This document shows, one piece after another, positions 1-9,902 of a stretch of DNA of 64,000 nucleotides; the stretch's first letter is position 1; the number at the start of each line of letters is the position of its first letter. A program made the translations under genes and the position numbers. Source of the DNA: a virus (Duplodnaviria > Caudoviricetes); the IMG/VR virus record IMGVR_UViG_2597490202_000002, positions 21,372 to 85,371 of that record. One strand, given 5' to 3'. Below the pieces are notes generated by a model, which was not told the origin of the DNA, ran no database searches, and worked only from the letters and a program-made list of their open reading frames with translations.

Positions 1-855
1 ACAGCGAAAGCAAAGAAGCTAATTGAAGGTAAGCCCCTTATTGTAAGTGCAGGTATTTCAGAGAAGTATGCTCAAAGTGTCGTAAAAGCTCTTGCTGTAA
101 TGCACAAAGAAGCATTAAAAGGGGTTGAAGAAATCTACGAAAAATACGGACACGCCTATGCAAGTGATTCCGCTGGACAAGATGGGCTACCGAAAGGTGG
201 CTCTTTAATTTCTCAGCTCAGAATCTTTTTTAATGCGTTACTTAATAAGTACAACCCAATATTCAATTTGATTGCGAAGAAATCAACGGAAAAGATGGTT
301 GAGCAAACCTTAAAGAATACGAAAAGCACCTTAAATCTCAGTTTGAGAGAATTAGGGCAAGGGTTGGCGATTAAAAAAGATTATACGAGTGAGCGAGTGA
401 AAGATATTGCACAAGCAGCCACAATGGAAGCGGTAAGTTTAATTAAAACGATTCCGCAAAAACATTTAGGCGATGTGCAAAAAGTCTTAATGCACTCTAT
501 TTCAAGTGATGGGAAAGGTTATGCCGAGTTAAAGCCTTTTTTGCAAAAATTGTATAAAGGTAATGCAAGAAAAGCTCACTTGGTGGCAATCGATCAGACT
601 CGTAAAACTTACTTAAATATTCAAGCTGAGAATATGAAAAGTCTTGGCATCAAGAAATTTAAATGGGTTCATTCTGGTGGTGGTCGAGAGCCGAGAAAGC
701 TACATCAAGAGCTAAATGGGAAAGTATTCTCGTTTGACGATCCACCATACATTGGCGATATGTACGGTCAGAAGGTATATGGGCTTCCAGGGCATTTACC
801 GAATTGTGGTTGCTCTATGTCCGCAGTTTTCGATTTCGAGGTAGAAGATGATTAA
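1..855 (+). CDS. Minor head morphogenesis protein (SPP1 gp7/MuF family), 5' partial
   Basis: Frame open from base 1; C-terminal KFKWVHSGGG..PR..H..LNGKVF..PG..PNCGC motif. Confidence 0.85.
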   Translation, partial: TAKAKKLIEGKPLIVSAGISEKYAQSVVKALAVMHKEALKGVEEIYEKYGHAYASDSAGQDGLPKGGSLISQLRIFFNALLNKYNPIFNLIAKKSTEKMVEQTLKNTKSTLNLSLRELGQGLAIKKDYTSERVKDIAQAATMEAVSLIKTIPQKHLGDVQKVLMHSISSDGKGYAELKPFLQKLYKGNARKAHLVAIDQTRKTYLNIQAENMKSLGIKKFKWVHSGGGREPRKLHQELNGKVFSFDDPPYIGDMYGQKVYGLPGHLPNCGCSMSAVFDFEVEDD

Positions 856-964
856 AGTTACTAAATCACAAGCTCAAAGGATTGACAGGCTTTGTGCAAA
901 TGTTTTCGTCATGGATGATAAATGGATTGATGCTTTATATCAAAGGGTGTGTAAATGGCAATAG
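848..964 (+). pseudogene. 38-aa ORF MIKVTKSQAQRIDRLCANVFVMDDKWI..., probable truncated head-cargo gene
   Basis: Overlaps the gp7 stop and the protease start; leader resembles that of the 6239 ORF. Confidence 0.45.
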
Positions 965-2226
965 CACAAGATAAAAAAGAAGTTGATACAAATGGTTGGT
1001 TCGAAGTGAAAGACAACCCCCTCAGCAAAGAGGGGGTTTTTCTTTATCGGGGCAATCAAATTATTTTGCCTGATGGCTCAAGAGCCTCAAATACAGATGA
1101 TTTGATTCCCGTATATCGTCCAGCCGATGAACTTAGTAACCCTGAAGCAATAGACAGTTTTAAGCTCGTTCCTTGGGTGGATGAACATACTATGCTTGGG
1201 AGTGAAGAGTTGGGGCTTACGCCAGCAGAACGCAAAGGGGTAAGTGGAGTGGTTGGAGAGGATGTTTATTTTAAAGATGGTGTTCTCTACGGAAACATTA
1301 AGGCGTTTTCAGAAAATCTCGCTCGTAAGATCGAAAGCGGCAAAAAAGAGTTATCGCTTGGCTATCGTTGTAGCTATGAGCGAAGTTCTGGGGAATGGAA
1401 TGGGCAGAAGTACGATTACATTCAACGGAATTTACGAGGCAATCATTTAGCCCTTGTAGATAAAGGGCGAATGGGGGCAGAAGTGCGAGTTATGGACAGT
1501 CAAGAGACTGGCATTAGCTATGGCAATTTTATTTTTACTTGTGATTCATTGATGGAGAAAAACGAAATGAATTTAGAAGAACTTTTAAAGCAAGCGGTTG
1601 AAAAGTTTGGTGATTCTGCAACCGCATTGGCAGAAATTAAAAAATTACTGGATGAGCAAGGGCAAGATAATGAGGGAAATCAAGAGCCTCCAACGCCTCC
1701 TGCGACTGATGATGACGAAATGGGCGGTAATCCAGATGATGAACCACCAGCACAAGACGATGATGAGGATAAATTAGACAAGCTCTTATCCTTAGTTGAA
1801 AGTCTTGTTTCTCGTGTGGAAGCGTTAGAGGGTAATTCGAAATCAGAAGATGAAGATGATAACCAAGAAGAGCCACAAGAGAAGCCTAAAGTTGGTGATG
1901 AAGAAGAGAAAGGTGCTCAGGCAATGGATATGGCGGAAGTGACACGACAAGTTACAAAACGCTTAAACGAGCGTGATTCGATGTACAAAAAAGTTTCTCT
2001 ACATACAGGAGCTTTTGATGTATCTGCAATGGATTCTGCTGAGGCAGTTGCAGCGTATGCGTGTAAGAAGTTAAACCTTAAAACAGCAAAAGGTTTAGAG
2101 GTTGCAACAATTACAGGTTATATGGCAAATCGTGAGCCTGCAAACAAACAGCGTATTGTTTCAGGTCTGGATAAATCAGATGTAGTTAAGGGTAAAAACT
2201 TCTTAACTGGTCAAATCAATAAATAA
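955..2226 (+). CDS. Prohead protease/scaffold (DUF2213-like)
   Basis: KEGVFLYRG, ELSLGY, GNHLALVDKGRMG motifs; acidic linker; position before capsid genes. Confidence 0.85.
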   Translation: MAIAQDKKEVDTNGWFEVKDNPLSKEGVFLYRGNQIILPDGSRASNTDDLIPVYRPADELSNPEAIDSFKLVPWVDEHTMLGSEELGLTPAERKGVSGVVGEDVYFKDGVLYGNIKAFSENLARKIESGKKELSLGYRCSYERSSGEWNGQKYDYIQRNLRGNHLALVDKGRMGAEVRVMDSQETGISYGNFIFTCDSLMEKNEMNLEELLKQAVEKFGDSATALAEIKKLLDEQGQDNEGNQEPPTPPATDDDEMGGNPDDEPPAQDDDEDKLDKLLSLVESLVSRVEALEGNSKSEDEDDNQEEPQEKPKVGDEEEKGAQAMDMAEVTRQVTKRLNERDSMYKKVSLHTGAFDVSAMDSAEAVAAYACKKLNLKTAKGLEVATITGYMANREPANKQRIVSGLDKSDVVKGKNFLTGQINK

Positions 2227-2237
2227 GGTGGTAATTA

Positions 2238-2750
2238 ATGGCTTTTCAACAAAACGTAAACATTGAAATGGGTTTTGGTGTACCTGGCGACATTCACACA
2301 GACGGCCCAACACGAACAGAATCCTTGGTGGTTAATTCTGAAGGTGCTCAATTAAATCTTGTGGGTAGAGCGTTCACAAAAGATGCTAGCAAAAATGTAG
2401 CTAAAGTTGGTGGTGCGATTGAAAGTGGTCGAGTTTTTGCAGGTATCTTAGTGAACTCAAAGGCTTATGCTTTAACAGGATTATCTGGCAATCCATTAGC
2501 ACCAACGCTAGCGGTGGCAGATAACACTCAAGCCGATTTCTTAACGATGGGCGATGTCGTTGTTCAGGTTTCTACGCCTTGCAAAATTGGTGATTTAGTT
2601 GCTTACGATACCACTACAGGCGAATTATCAACAGTTGCTGTTGGTGGTTCTGCTTCTGGTGGTAAAGCATTAATTCCTAATGCGACGGTTTATCGCTTCC
2701 CTGTAACCTCTGGAAGTGGCGGTTTAACCGTTATTCGTCTTACAAACTAA
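2238..2750 (+). CDS. Capsid decoration/cement protein
   Basis: 170 aa between protease and major capsid; Gly/Val-rich. Confidence 0.7.
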   Translation: MAFQQNVNIEMGFGVPGDIHTDGPTRTESLVVNSEGAQLNLVGRAFTKDASKNVAKVGGAIESGRVFAGILVNSKAYALTGLSGNPLAPTLAVADNTQADFLTMGDVVVQVSTPCKIGDLVAYDTTTGELSTVAVGGSASGGKALIPNATVYRFPVTSGSGGLTVIRLTN

Positions 2751-2814
2751 CAAATAAAAGGACAGAATAAATGACAAAAAAATCAACTCAACACGGTTTT
2801 ATTTCTGGCCGTGC

Positions 2815-3783
2815 GACCCTATCCCAAATTCTGTGTAAACACCCATTTCAACTTAATGGTGATCGTCTAGGCGATCACCAAAATCAATCATAAATCGATT
2901 CATCGCCAGTTTCCAGTTCTGAATCGGCATTGTCCATTTTTTTGATGCATCTTTAATCGCAAGCCAAATCACTTTGAAAACTGAATCATCCGTCGGGAAT
3001 ACATTTCGTTTTTTAATCACGCGACGAATCACGCTATTAAGCGATTCCACGGCATTCGTGGTATAAATCGCTTTACGAATGTCAGCCGGATAATCAAAAA
3101 ATGTGGCAATATTTGCCCAGTTATCTTCCCAGCCTTTCGCCACAAGCGGGTATTTTGCCTGCCATTTTTGCGAAAGTGCGGTCAGATTTTCGCGAGCCTG
3201 TGCTTCCGTCGGGGCCTGATAAACCTGCTTTAAATCTGCGGTGACGGCTTTGTAATCTTTCCACGAAACGAATTTCAAGCTGTTACGCACTAAATGCACA
3301 ATGCAAAGCTGAATCTTCGTTTTAGGATAGACTGCATTGATGGCTTCCAGGAAGCCTTTTAAACCGTCTACACAGGCAATAAAAATGTCTTTTAAGCCTC
3401 GATTTTGAAGCTCTGTCAGCACATTTGCCCAGAACTTCGCACCTTCATTTTCAGCAATCCAATCACGGTCACGAGGCGTCTCAATTTCTATCTCACCTTC
3501 ATCACAAATGACGGTCTTAGATGTGTAACCGTTACGTGCATTTTTACCTTTTCTAGGCTGATGTTTTTCATAACCAAGATGGTCGGTCAGTTCACCATTT
3601 AACGCAGCCTCGACGGTGATTTTCTTGAGCATCCGTGAAAATTGATTGAGGTCTTCCGGTGTTTTTAGATTTTTGGCAAATTCCGCTGCCAAGGCGTGAA
3701 GTTGTTTTCGTTCATAATAAAATACCTGTGTCTGAATGTATTATCTCAGAAACAGGTATTTACACAAATTGTGGGAGAGGCTC
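2815..3783 (-). mobile_element. IS256-family element, internally deleted (969 bp), with 8-bp target duplication
   Basis: Imperfect IRs GACCCTATCCCAAATTCTGTGTAAA / GAGCCTCTCCCACAATTTGTGTAAA; TSD GGCCGTGC at 2807-2814 and 3784-3791. Confidence 0.92.
2853..3715 (-). pseudogene. IS256 (Mutator) transposase with 5' frameshift and in-frame internal deletion
   Basis: NARNG, TPRDRD joined directly to WIAENEGAKFW, DGLKGF, QLCIVH, YTTNAVES. Confidence 0.88.
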
Positions 3784-4893
3784 GGCCGTGCTTATGCTAA
3801 AGCATTACAAGAGCAACGTTCTGCAATCACTATGGATGCGGCAGATGTTGCACAATATGCAGCATTAAAAAACATTGGTATTGGCTTTTCTGATGCATTT
3901 TTAAGCCAAGCAAATGTTGCTTATGGTATGGACGATGTTCAGGGTGGGGTAACTGCTGGCTCGACAGGCTCTCCTATCCAGTTCTTGCAAGCATGGTTAC
4001 CAAGTTTTGTGCATGTAGCAACCGCACCTCGTCAGATCGATATCTTGACTGGTATTTCTACAGTAGGCGAATGGCACGATGAAGAAGTGGTGCAACCGAT
4101 TTTAGAAATGACCGGTAAGGCAGTTCCTTATGGTGATACAACACCAGTGCCATTAGTAGGGTACAACCTTAACTATGAACGCCGTACAATTCAACGTTTT
4201 GAGGCAGGTTTTGCAGTAGGTTCTTTAGAATCTGCTCGTGGTGCTGCTGCTCGTTTAGATGCGGCAAATACCAAACGTGCTTCTGCAATGTTGGCGTTAA
4301 ATATCATTCGTAATGATGTCGGTTTCTATGGTTACAATGATGGCAACTCTCGTACTTATGGTTTCTTAAACGATCCGTCTTTACCAGCATACAAAACAGT
4401 AGCTCAAGGTAAATCAGGTTCTACGAAATGGAATCAGAAGACCTTTGAAGAAATCACAGGCGATCTTACAACCGCATTTACTCAATTAGTTGCCCAATCA
4501 AAAGGATTAATTGATGCAATCAACACGCCAACAACATTGGCTCTTCCTGCGGGTCATGAAGTCATTTTAAATACCGTCAATGCGTTCGGTATGAGCGTGA
4601 AAAAATGGCTCAAGGATAATTACCCTAACTGCCGAACTGAAACCGCACCTCAATTAACTGGTGCAAATGGCGGCGTAGATTCATTCTACTTATACGCTGA
4701 AGAAATCGTAGGTGATACATCAGATGATGATCGTCGTGTTTGGATTCAAGCTGTTCCAGCTCAATTTATGGCATTAGGTGTCGATCCGCAAGGGAAGCGT
4801 ACCGTAGAGGACAACACAAATGCAACAGCTGGCGTAATGTGTAAACGTCCTTACGCAGTATATCGTGCATCAGGTATTTAACCTTAACCACTC

Positions 4894-4923
4894 AAGCCCA
4901 GTTAATTCTGGGCTTTAATTTTT
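4894..4923 (+). terminator. Rho-independent terminator after capsid gene
   Basis: AAGCCCAG..CTGGGCTT hairpin followed by T-rich tract. Confidence 0.65.
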
Positions 4924-4944
4924 AAAAACGAGAGGAAACAACAA

Positions 4945-5310
4945 ATGAATTACGTTTACAGCACTTTGACTTGTGATAACGCATATACGGTCTATGAAAA
5001 AACAACAGGGGGCTTAACTATCCCTAAAACCGAAGTGATTATTCACGGCGGAACAGGATTGGCAAATAAACATCTGATTACACCGCTTGGTACGGTTACA
5101 AAAGTAAGTGATGATGAACTTGCGATGTTAAAAACAAACCCAGTATTTATTGAACACGTTAAAAATGGCTTTCTAATCGTCCAAGAAGGCGGTAAAGCTG
5201 ACGATGCGGAAAAAGTAGCAAGTGATATGGCGGTAGATACTGGTAGCGCACCACTAACAGAGCAAGATGCCGAAAATACGGGTGTAAAAAAAGCGAAAAA
5301 AGGTAAATAA
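4945..5310 (+). CDS. Phage virion-region protein
   Basis: GAGG RBS; lies after the capsid gene. Confidence 0.7.
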   Translation: MNYVYSTLTCDNAYTVYEKTTGGLTIPKTEVIIHGGTGLANKHLITPLGTVTKVSDDELAMLKTNPVFIEHVKNGFLIVQEGGKADDAEKVASDMAVDTGSAPLTEQDAENTGVKKAKKGK

Positions 5311-5312
5311 AG

Positions 5313-5741
5313 ATGGATATTGCTACGTTCAGAAAAATGTTTCCTGCTTATTCTGATAGTCAAACTTTTAGCAATGAGATGATCGAAATGTGGCTGGACG
5401 TAGCAAATGTTCATCTCAAAAAAGGCTGGTCGTTAAGTGGTAAAACCTACGAACATGCCATTATGTTGATGTTGGCTCATCTTCTTCATAGTGTTGCGAA
5501 AACTTCAAGCGGTAATGCTGAATCAGGACCTGCTGGAATTGTGACATCTGCGACAGAGGGGAGTGTTAGTGTTTCTTTTGCAACACCTACGACAAAAGAT
5601 GCGTGGGAATTCTGGCTTGCATCATCGCCTTATGGATTGCAACTTTGGGCATTATTGCAACAGTTAGGAACTGGCGGTTTGTTTATTGGTGGTTTACCAG
5701 AGCGAAGTGCAGTTCGTAAGGTTGGCGGGGTGTTCTTATGA
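5313..5741 (+). CDS. Head-tail adaptor (DUF4054-like)
   Basis: FRKMFPAY, AHLL, SATEGSVSVSF, SSPYG..LW motifs. Confidence 0.8.
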   Translation: MDIATFRKMFPAYSDSQTFSNEMIEMWLDVANVHLKKGWSLSGKTYEHAIMLMLAHLLHSVAKTSSGNAESGPAGIVTSATEGSVSVSFATPTTKDAWEFWLASSPYGLQLWALLQQLGTGGLFIGGLPERSAVRKVGGVFL

Positions 5742-6238
5742 GTCGGGCGGATAAGTTTAGAAAGGCTTTGCAAGATAAGATCGACAAATTGAGTGCAGCC
5801 AACAACAAAGTCGCAAAAGTCGGTATTGTTGAACATCAACATTATGATGATAACACGCCAGTAGCTTATATTGCTTCAATTCATGAATATGGTTCTCCTA
5901 GCAATAACATCCCGCCACGTCCTTTTATGCGCCCAACAGTATCAGAGAAAAAAGGTGAGTGGGCGAAGATAGGTAAGCAAATTCTGCAAAATGGCGGTGA
6001 TGTCGATAGTATGCTTGAAATGGTTGGTTTAAGGGCTTCGGCTGATATTGTTGAAAAAATAAGTAATATTGATGTTCCTCCACTGGCAATTTCTACCAAA
6101 AAAGCCCGTAATCGTAAGGCTCACCAACAAACTGCCAAATATAACAAAAAGCCGAAAGCGGTGTCTATCAAACCTCTTGTAGATACTAAAGTATTAATCA
6201 GCTCAATCTCCCATATCGTGACAGATAAGGGGGATTAA
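5738..6238 (+). CDS. Neck/morphogenesis protein
   Basis: IHEYG..NIPPRPFMR and KPLVDT motifs. Confidence 0.8.
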   Translation: MSRADKFRKALQDKIDKLSAANNKVAKVGIVEHQHYDDNTPVAYIASIHEYGSPSNNIPPRPFMRPTVSEKKGEWAKIGKQILQNGGDVDSMLEMVGLRASADIVEKISNIDVPPLAISTKKARNRKAHQQTAKYNKKPKAVSIKPLVDTKVLISSISHIVTDKGD

Positions 6239-6796
6239 ATGCATTTTAGTCAAACTAATATCAAACGGATTGAAAGGCTATTGCTTTTATGTGCTTGTGA
6301 TAAAGATTGGGATGAAAGCAAACATCCTAGAGCTGAAAATGGTCAGTTTGGGAAAGGGGCTGGTTCAGCTAAGAAAAACTTGGATAAAGAGGCAACAAAA
6401 ATACCTAGCGTGACGGGTAAAGAGTTAGGTAACGCAAAAGACATTAAAGATCTGAGAACACGAGCAAGGCTTTATGCAATAGAACATTTCTCCGGAAAGA
6501 AGTTTGTTAATTTAAGTACAGGTAATGAAATTCAGGTCGGTGCTAGTGGTATAAAACATACTATATCGGGTGCAGCAGAGGATTTGATTAAAACGATCCC
6601 TGCCATACCTGAACTAATTGAAACAGCGACTTTAATGCATAAAAAGCAAGATAAAAGAGGCGATCCTAATGTTTTATCGGTTGAGATTTATAAAGCTGAA
6701 ATGAATGTTATGGGTAAAAATGCCAAAATGATATTAACAATCAAGCATTATAAAGATGGACGTAGGTATTATGATCATGGTTATATGCGAGAATAG
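6239..6796 (+). CDS. Inserted accessory protein: WDESKHPRAENGQF N-terminal motif plus LPD3-like domain
   Basis: KHPR..NGQF motif; N..TG..I.V...GIKH; C-terminal YYDH. Confidence 0.65.
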   Translation: MHFSQTNIKRIERLLLLCACDKDWDESKHPRAENGQFGKGAGSAKKNLDKEATKIPSVTGKELGNAKDIKDLRTRARLYAIEHFSGKKFVNLSTGNEIQVGASGIKHTISGAAEDLIKTIPAIPELIETATLMHKKQDKRGDPNVLSVEIYKAEMNVMGKNAKMILTIKHYKDGRRYYDHGYMRE

Positions 6797-6911
6797 AAGC
6801 AACGTAATAATCCAGCACCTTACCGCGTTCAAGTGCGGTACCTCTTAAATTATCACGCTGCTTCATTGGTTAAAATTATAGCTCTAATGATTATTTAATC
6901 AAGGATTTTAT

Positions 6912-7292
6912 ATGAACCTAAGATCTATTGCCAACCAACATATCACCACGGTAAACCCCAATATTCAGGCAACACTAAAACTAAACACAGGATATGAAAC
7001 AAGCGACACAGGAAAGCGAGTATCAAAGTTTGAAGAATTTCAGGTCAGCATTCAGGCTCAAAGTCTGAGTACGCAAGATTTATCTTTGTTTGATACGTTG
7101 GCACAACAAGGGCAAATGCTGAATGTGTATGTTTCAGGGCAAATCCACGCGCTAAGACGCATTTCAAATCAAGGTGCGGATAAGCTTGTTTTTAAAGCAT
7201 TTGGCGAAGAGAGCGAATCTGAATGGCTAATTAAATCCGTTTCTGAGAGCTTTCCTAACTGGTGTAAGGTGGTGGTATGGCGGCAGACATAA
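6912..7292 (+). CDS. Head closure/collar protein
   Basis: MNL.IA..I..VNP and WCKVVV motifs; gene order. Confidence 0.7.
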   Translation: MNLRSIANQHITTVNPNIQATLKLNTGYETSDTGKRVSKFEEFQVSIQAQSLSTQDLSLFDTLAQQGQMLNVYVSGQIHALRRISNQGADKLVFKAFGEESESEWLIKSVSESFPNWCKVVVWRQT

Positions 7293-7783
7293 CAACAACC
7301 CACGATGATATTTATAGAGAAGTCCGAGCTTATTTGCTTGGGCTTTTTTCTTTAGAAGGCGAGAGGGTGATAAGAGATTATAGCAATAATGTGCCTCTGC
7401 CGCACTCGCCTTTTATTTTGATGAACATCATTTACGAGCAATCGTTATCTACCAATGTTCACTCCTATGATGTTGAAAACGCATTAGCTTCTGTTATGCA
7501 AAGTGTAGAAGTGCAAATGCAAATAGATTTCTATGGGGAAACAAGCGGTCAAATGGCGAGGATTTTTTGCAATTTATGGCGAGATTATCACGCTTGCGAC
7601 AGGTTGGAAAAATGCCAGCCTCTTTATTGCGATGAACCACGCTATTTACCTTTTACTAACGAGGCGAGCGAGTATGAAGAAAGATATACAGTAACCGCAA
7701 GGCTTGCTTATAACCCTGTTGTTGTACACGCTCAAGATTTTATTACTAAACCAAACCCAAGCATTGAGCTTGGAAAACTATAA
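7277..7783 (+). CDS. Tail completion/terminator protein
   Basis: QIDFYG, LWRD, QPLY motifs; precedes sheath. Confidence 0.7.
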   Translation: MAADITTTHDDIYREVRAYLLGLFSLEGERVIRDYSNNVPLPHSPFILMNIIYEQSLSTNVHSYDVENALASVMQSVEVQMQIDFYGETSGQMARIFCNLWRDYHACDRLEKCQPLYCDEPRYLPFTNEASEYEERYTVTARLAYNPVVVHAQDFITKPNPSIELGKL

Positions 7784-7792
7784 GGAAAAACT

Positions 7793-9271
7793 ATGTTTCA
7801 ATCGATTCCAGCAAGTCAGATTGTGAATGTGAATCCGTCCGTATTGAGTTCTGGCGGCTCCCCACTTTCGATGAATGCCGTTTTCTTAAGTGAAAATGCG
7901 AATTTACCGACAGGTCGAGCGGTTTCATTTGCAACGGCGGATTCTGTAGGTGAATATTTCGGGTTTACTTCTGCGGAATATCAAGCGGCGGCAGTTTATT
8001 TTAAAGGGTTTGATGGTTCAACCATTAAACCTGGTACGTTAATTTTCTTTGCTTACAATAAAGCAATAGAAGGTGCATTCTTATTAGGTGCTTCTGTTAA
8101 ATCATTATCGTTAAATGAACTCAAGAAAATTAACGGAACACTCAGTGTAATTATTGACGGCAGTGAGAAAAAAGCAGATTCATTGAATTTAAGTGGTGCA
8201 AAAAGTTTCTCTAATGCAGCTGAGTTAATTGGTACGGCGTTAGGCTCTGTAACAGTGACTTTTGATAGTCAATTACAAGCATTCAAGGTTGCTTCTTCAA
8301 CGACTGGCACAACATCAACGATTGCGTTTGCAACAGGTGCAACTGCAGATGCTTTAGGGTTAAGTGAAAATGCAGGTGCTACGCTTTCACAAGGCTCAAA
8401 TACAACTACTCCGACAGAAACCATGCAAGCCGTGATTGGTTCAACGCTTAACTGGGCAACATTTACCACAATCACAGAGCCGACATTAGAGGAAAAATTA
8501 GAGTTTGCAAAATGGTCTAACAATCAGAATCAACGCTTCTTGTATGTTGGTTGGGGTAAAGAGGCTACTGCAACACAAACAGGCAATACAACAAGTTTTG
8601 GCGCGAAATTAAAAGAGTCTGAATATAGCGGTGCAACGGCTGTATATGGTGGTTTAGATAAAGCGGCATTCTTGTGTGGTACTGTGGCTTCAATTGATTT
8701 TACCGAGAAACAAGGGCGTATTACGCTTAAGTTTAAAGGTCAATCAGGATTAACCGCTGATGTTACCGATGCCACAATTGCTAAGAATTTAGAAGATAAT
8801 GGCTATAACTATTACGGTGCTTGGGCAACGGCTAATGACCGCTTCTTGTTCCTATCTCCAGGTCAGATTTCTGGGGAATGGAAATGGATCGACGCTTACA
8901 TTAACCAAATCCGCTTAAATAGCCAGCTCCAGTTAGCGATTATTACATTGCTAACCAGTGCAAAATCAGTCCCTTACAATGATATTGGTATTGCGTTGCA
9001 ACGTGCAGCGTGTAATGACCCAATTAATGAGGCATTGAACTTTGGTTCTATTCAAGTGGGTGTTTCGTTGAGCGAACAACAAAAAGCAATCATCAATAAC
9101 TACACGGGTGTTGATGCTGCTTCACAAGTAGAGGCCCAAGGCTATTATCTTTACATTGGTAAAGCGACAGCACAAACACGAGGAAACCGTGAATCATTCC
9201 CGATGAAGCTATTCTATACGGATGGCGGTAGTTTACATTCCGTAAATCTTGCTTCTATCAACGTTCAATAA
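7793..9271 (+). CDS. Tail sheath protein (DUF3383-like)
   Basis: SIPASQIVNVNP start, GYNYYG, YTDGGS end; 492 aa. Confidence 0.88.
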   Translation: MFQSIPASQIVNVNPSVLSSGGSPLSMNAVFLSENANLPTGRAVSFATADSVGEYFGFTSAEYQAAAVYFKGFDGSTIKPGTLIFFAYNKAIEGAFLLGASVKSLSLNELKKINGTLSVIIDGSEKKADSLNLSGAKSFSNAAELIGTALGSVTVTFDSQLQAFKVASSTTGTTSTIAFATGATADALGLSENAGATLSQGSNTTTPTETMQAVIGSTLNWATFTTITEPTLEEKLEFAKWSNNQNQRFLYVGWGKEATATQTGNTTSFGAKLKESEYSGATAVYGGLDKAAFLCGTVASIDFTEKQGRITLKFKGQSGLTADVTDATIAKNLEDNGYNYYGAWATANDRFLFLSPGQISGEWKWIDAYINQIRLNSQLQLAIITLLTSAKSVPYNDIGIALQRAACNDPINEALNFGSIQVGVSLSEQQKAIINNYTGVDAASQVEAQGYYLYIGKATAQTRGNRESFPMKLFYTDGGSLHSVNLASINVQ

Positions 9272-9338
9272 TGTAATTTAATCCATAAGGCGACTTATAT
9301 TTCAAGCAAATCGCCTTTTTCTTTTTGGAGAAAAAATA

Positions 9339-9782
9339 ATGCAAACAAATACCTCAAGAACAATTACCTCGGCAAATGCGGTGCTTTTAGCAAAAGCCGT
9401 TGGATATAGCCGTGGTTTCGTTCAGATTGAACAGTATGCGGCAGATAACGCATTTACGTTTAACCAAACGGCGGTAACAGAAACCACAATGGGCGTAGAT
9501 GGCTATCAGTCTGGTGGTTGGGTTCCTAGCGAAACCGATTTCAATATTGCACTTGCGGCAAATAGTCCGAGCCGTTCATTTTTCGATGGCGTAAAAGTAC
9601 ATATGCAAAACCAACAGGAGACCGTGCCTTTTGAGTTTGATGTTACGATTCCGTCAATTGGCAAACGATACACTGCTACAGGTTTTATGACTCAAGCCCA
9701 AAGCGGTACCAGCGCTAAAAAAGTCTTAGATTCTGCAACGTACAATTTCAAGATTGTGGTGAAAACAGAAGAAGATATTTAA
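9339..9782 (+). CDS. Tail tube protein
   Basis: TITSAN, MGVDG motifs; follows sheath. Confidence 0.8.
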   Translation: MQTNTSRTITSANAVLLAKAVGYSRGFVQIEQYAADNAFTFNQTAVTETTMGVDGYQSGGWVPSETDFNIALAANSPSRSFFDGVKVHMQNQQETVPFEFDVTIPSIGKRYTATGFMTQAQSGTSAKKVLDSATYNFKIVVKTEEDI

Positions 9783-9810
9783 CCGACTGACTAAAGTCGG
9801 TTTTTTATTG

Positions 9811-9890
9811 CTTACAAGATAGAAAAGTACATTCGAAAGCGGTGTTTACTCTCTCGCTCACCGTTTCTTGTAAGCATCTTAAAAGCGAGA
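9811..9890 (+). promoter_or_regulatory. Structured leader homologous to the antirepressor leader at 53236, without an ant gene
   Basis: CTTACAAGA..TCTTGTAAG stem and shared AAGATAGAAAAGTACA. Confidence 0.55.
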
Positions 9891-9902
9891 TTTAGAACCA
9901 AT

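Larger units (their letters stand above)
2771..4881 (+). pseudogene. Major capsid protein (DUF2184-like) interrupted near codon 15 by IS256
   Basis: ATG 2771 MTKKSTQHGFISGRA; reading resumes after duplicated GGCCGTGC at 3784-3791; YGFLNDP motif. Confidence 0.85.

Noticed and set aside
3736-3783. MYYLRNRYLHKLWERL as the native capsid N-terminus
   Set aside because: This sequence is the IS256 end; the native start is at 2771
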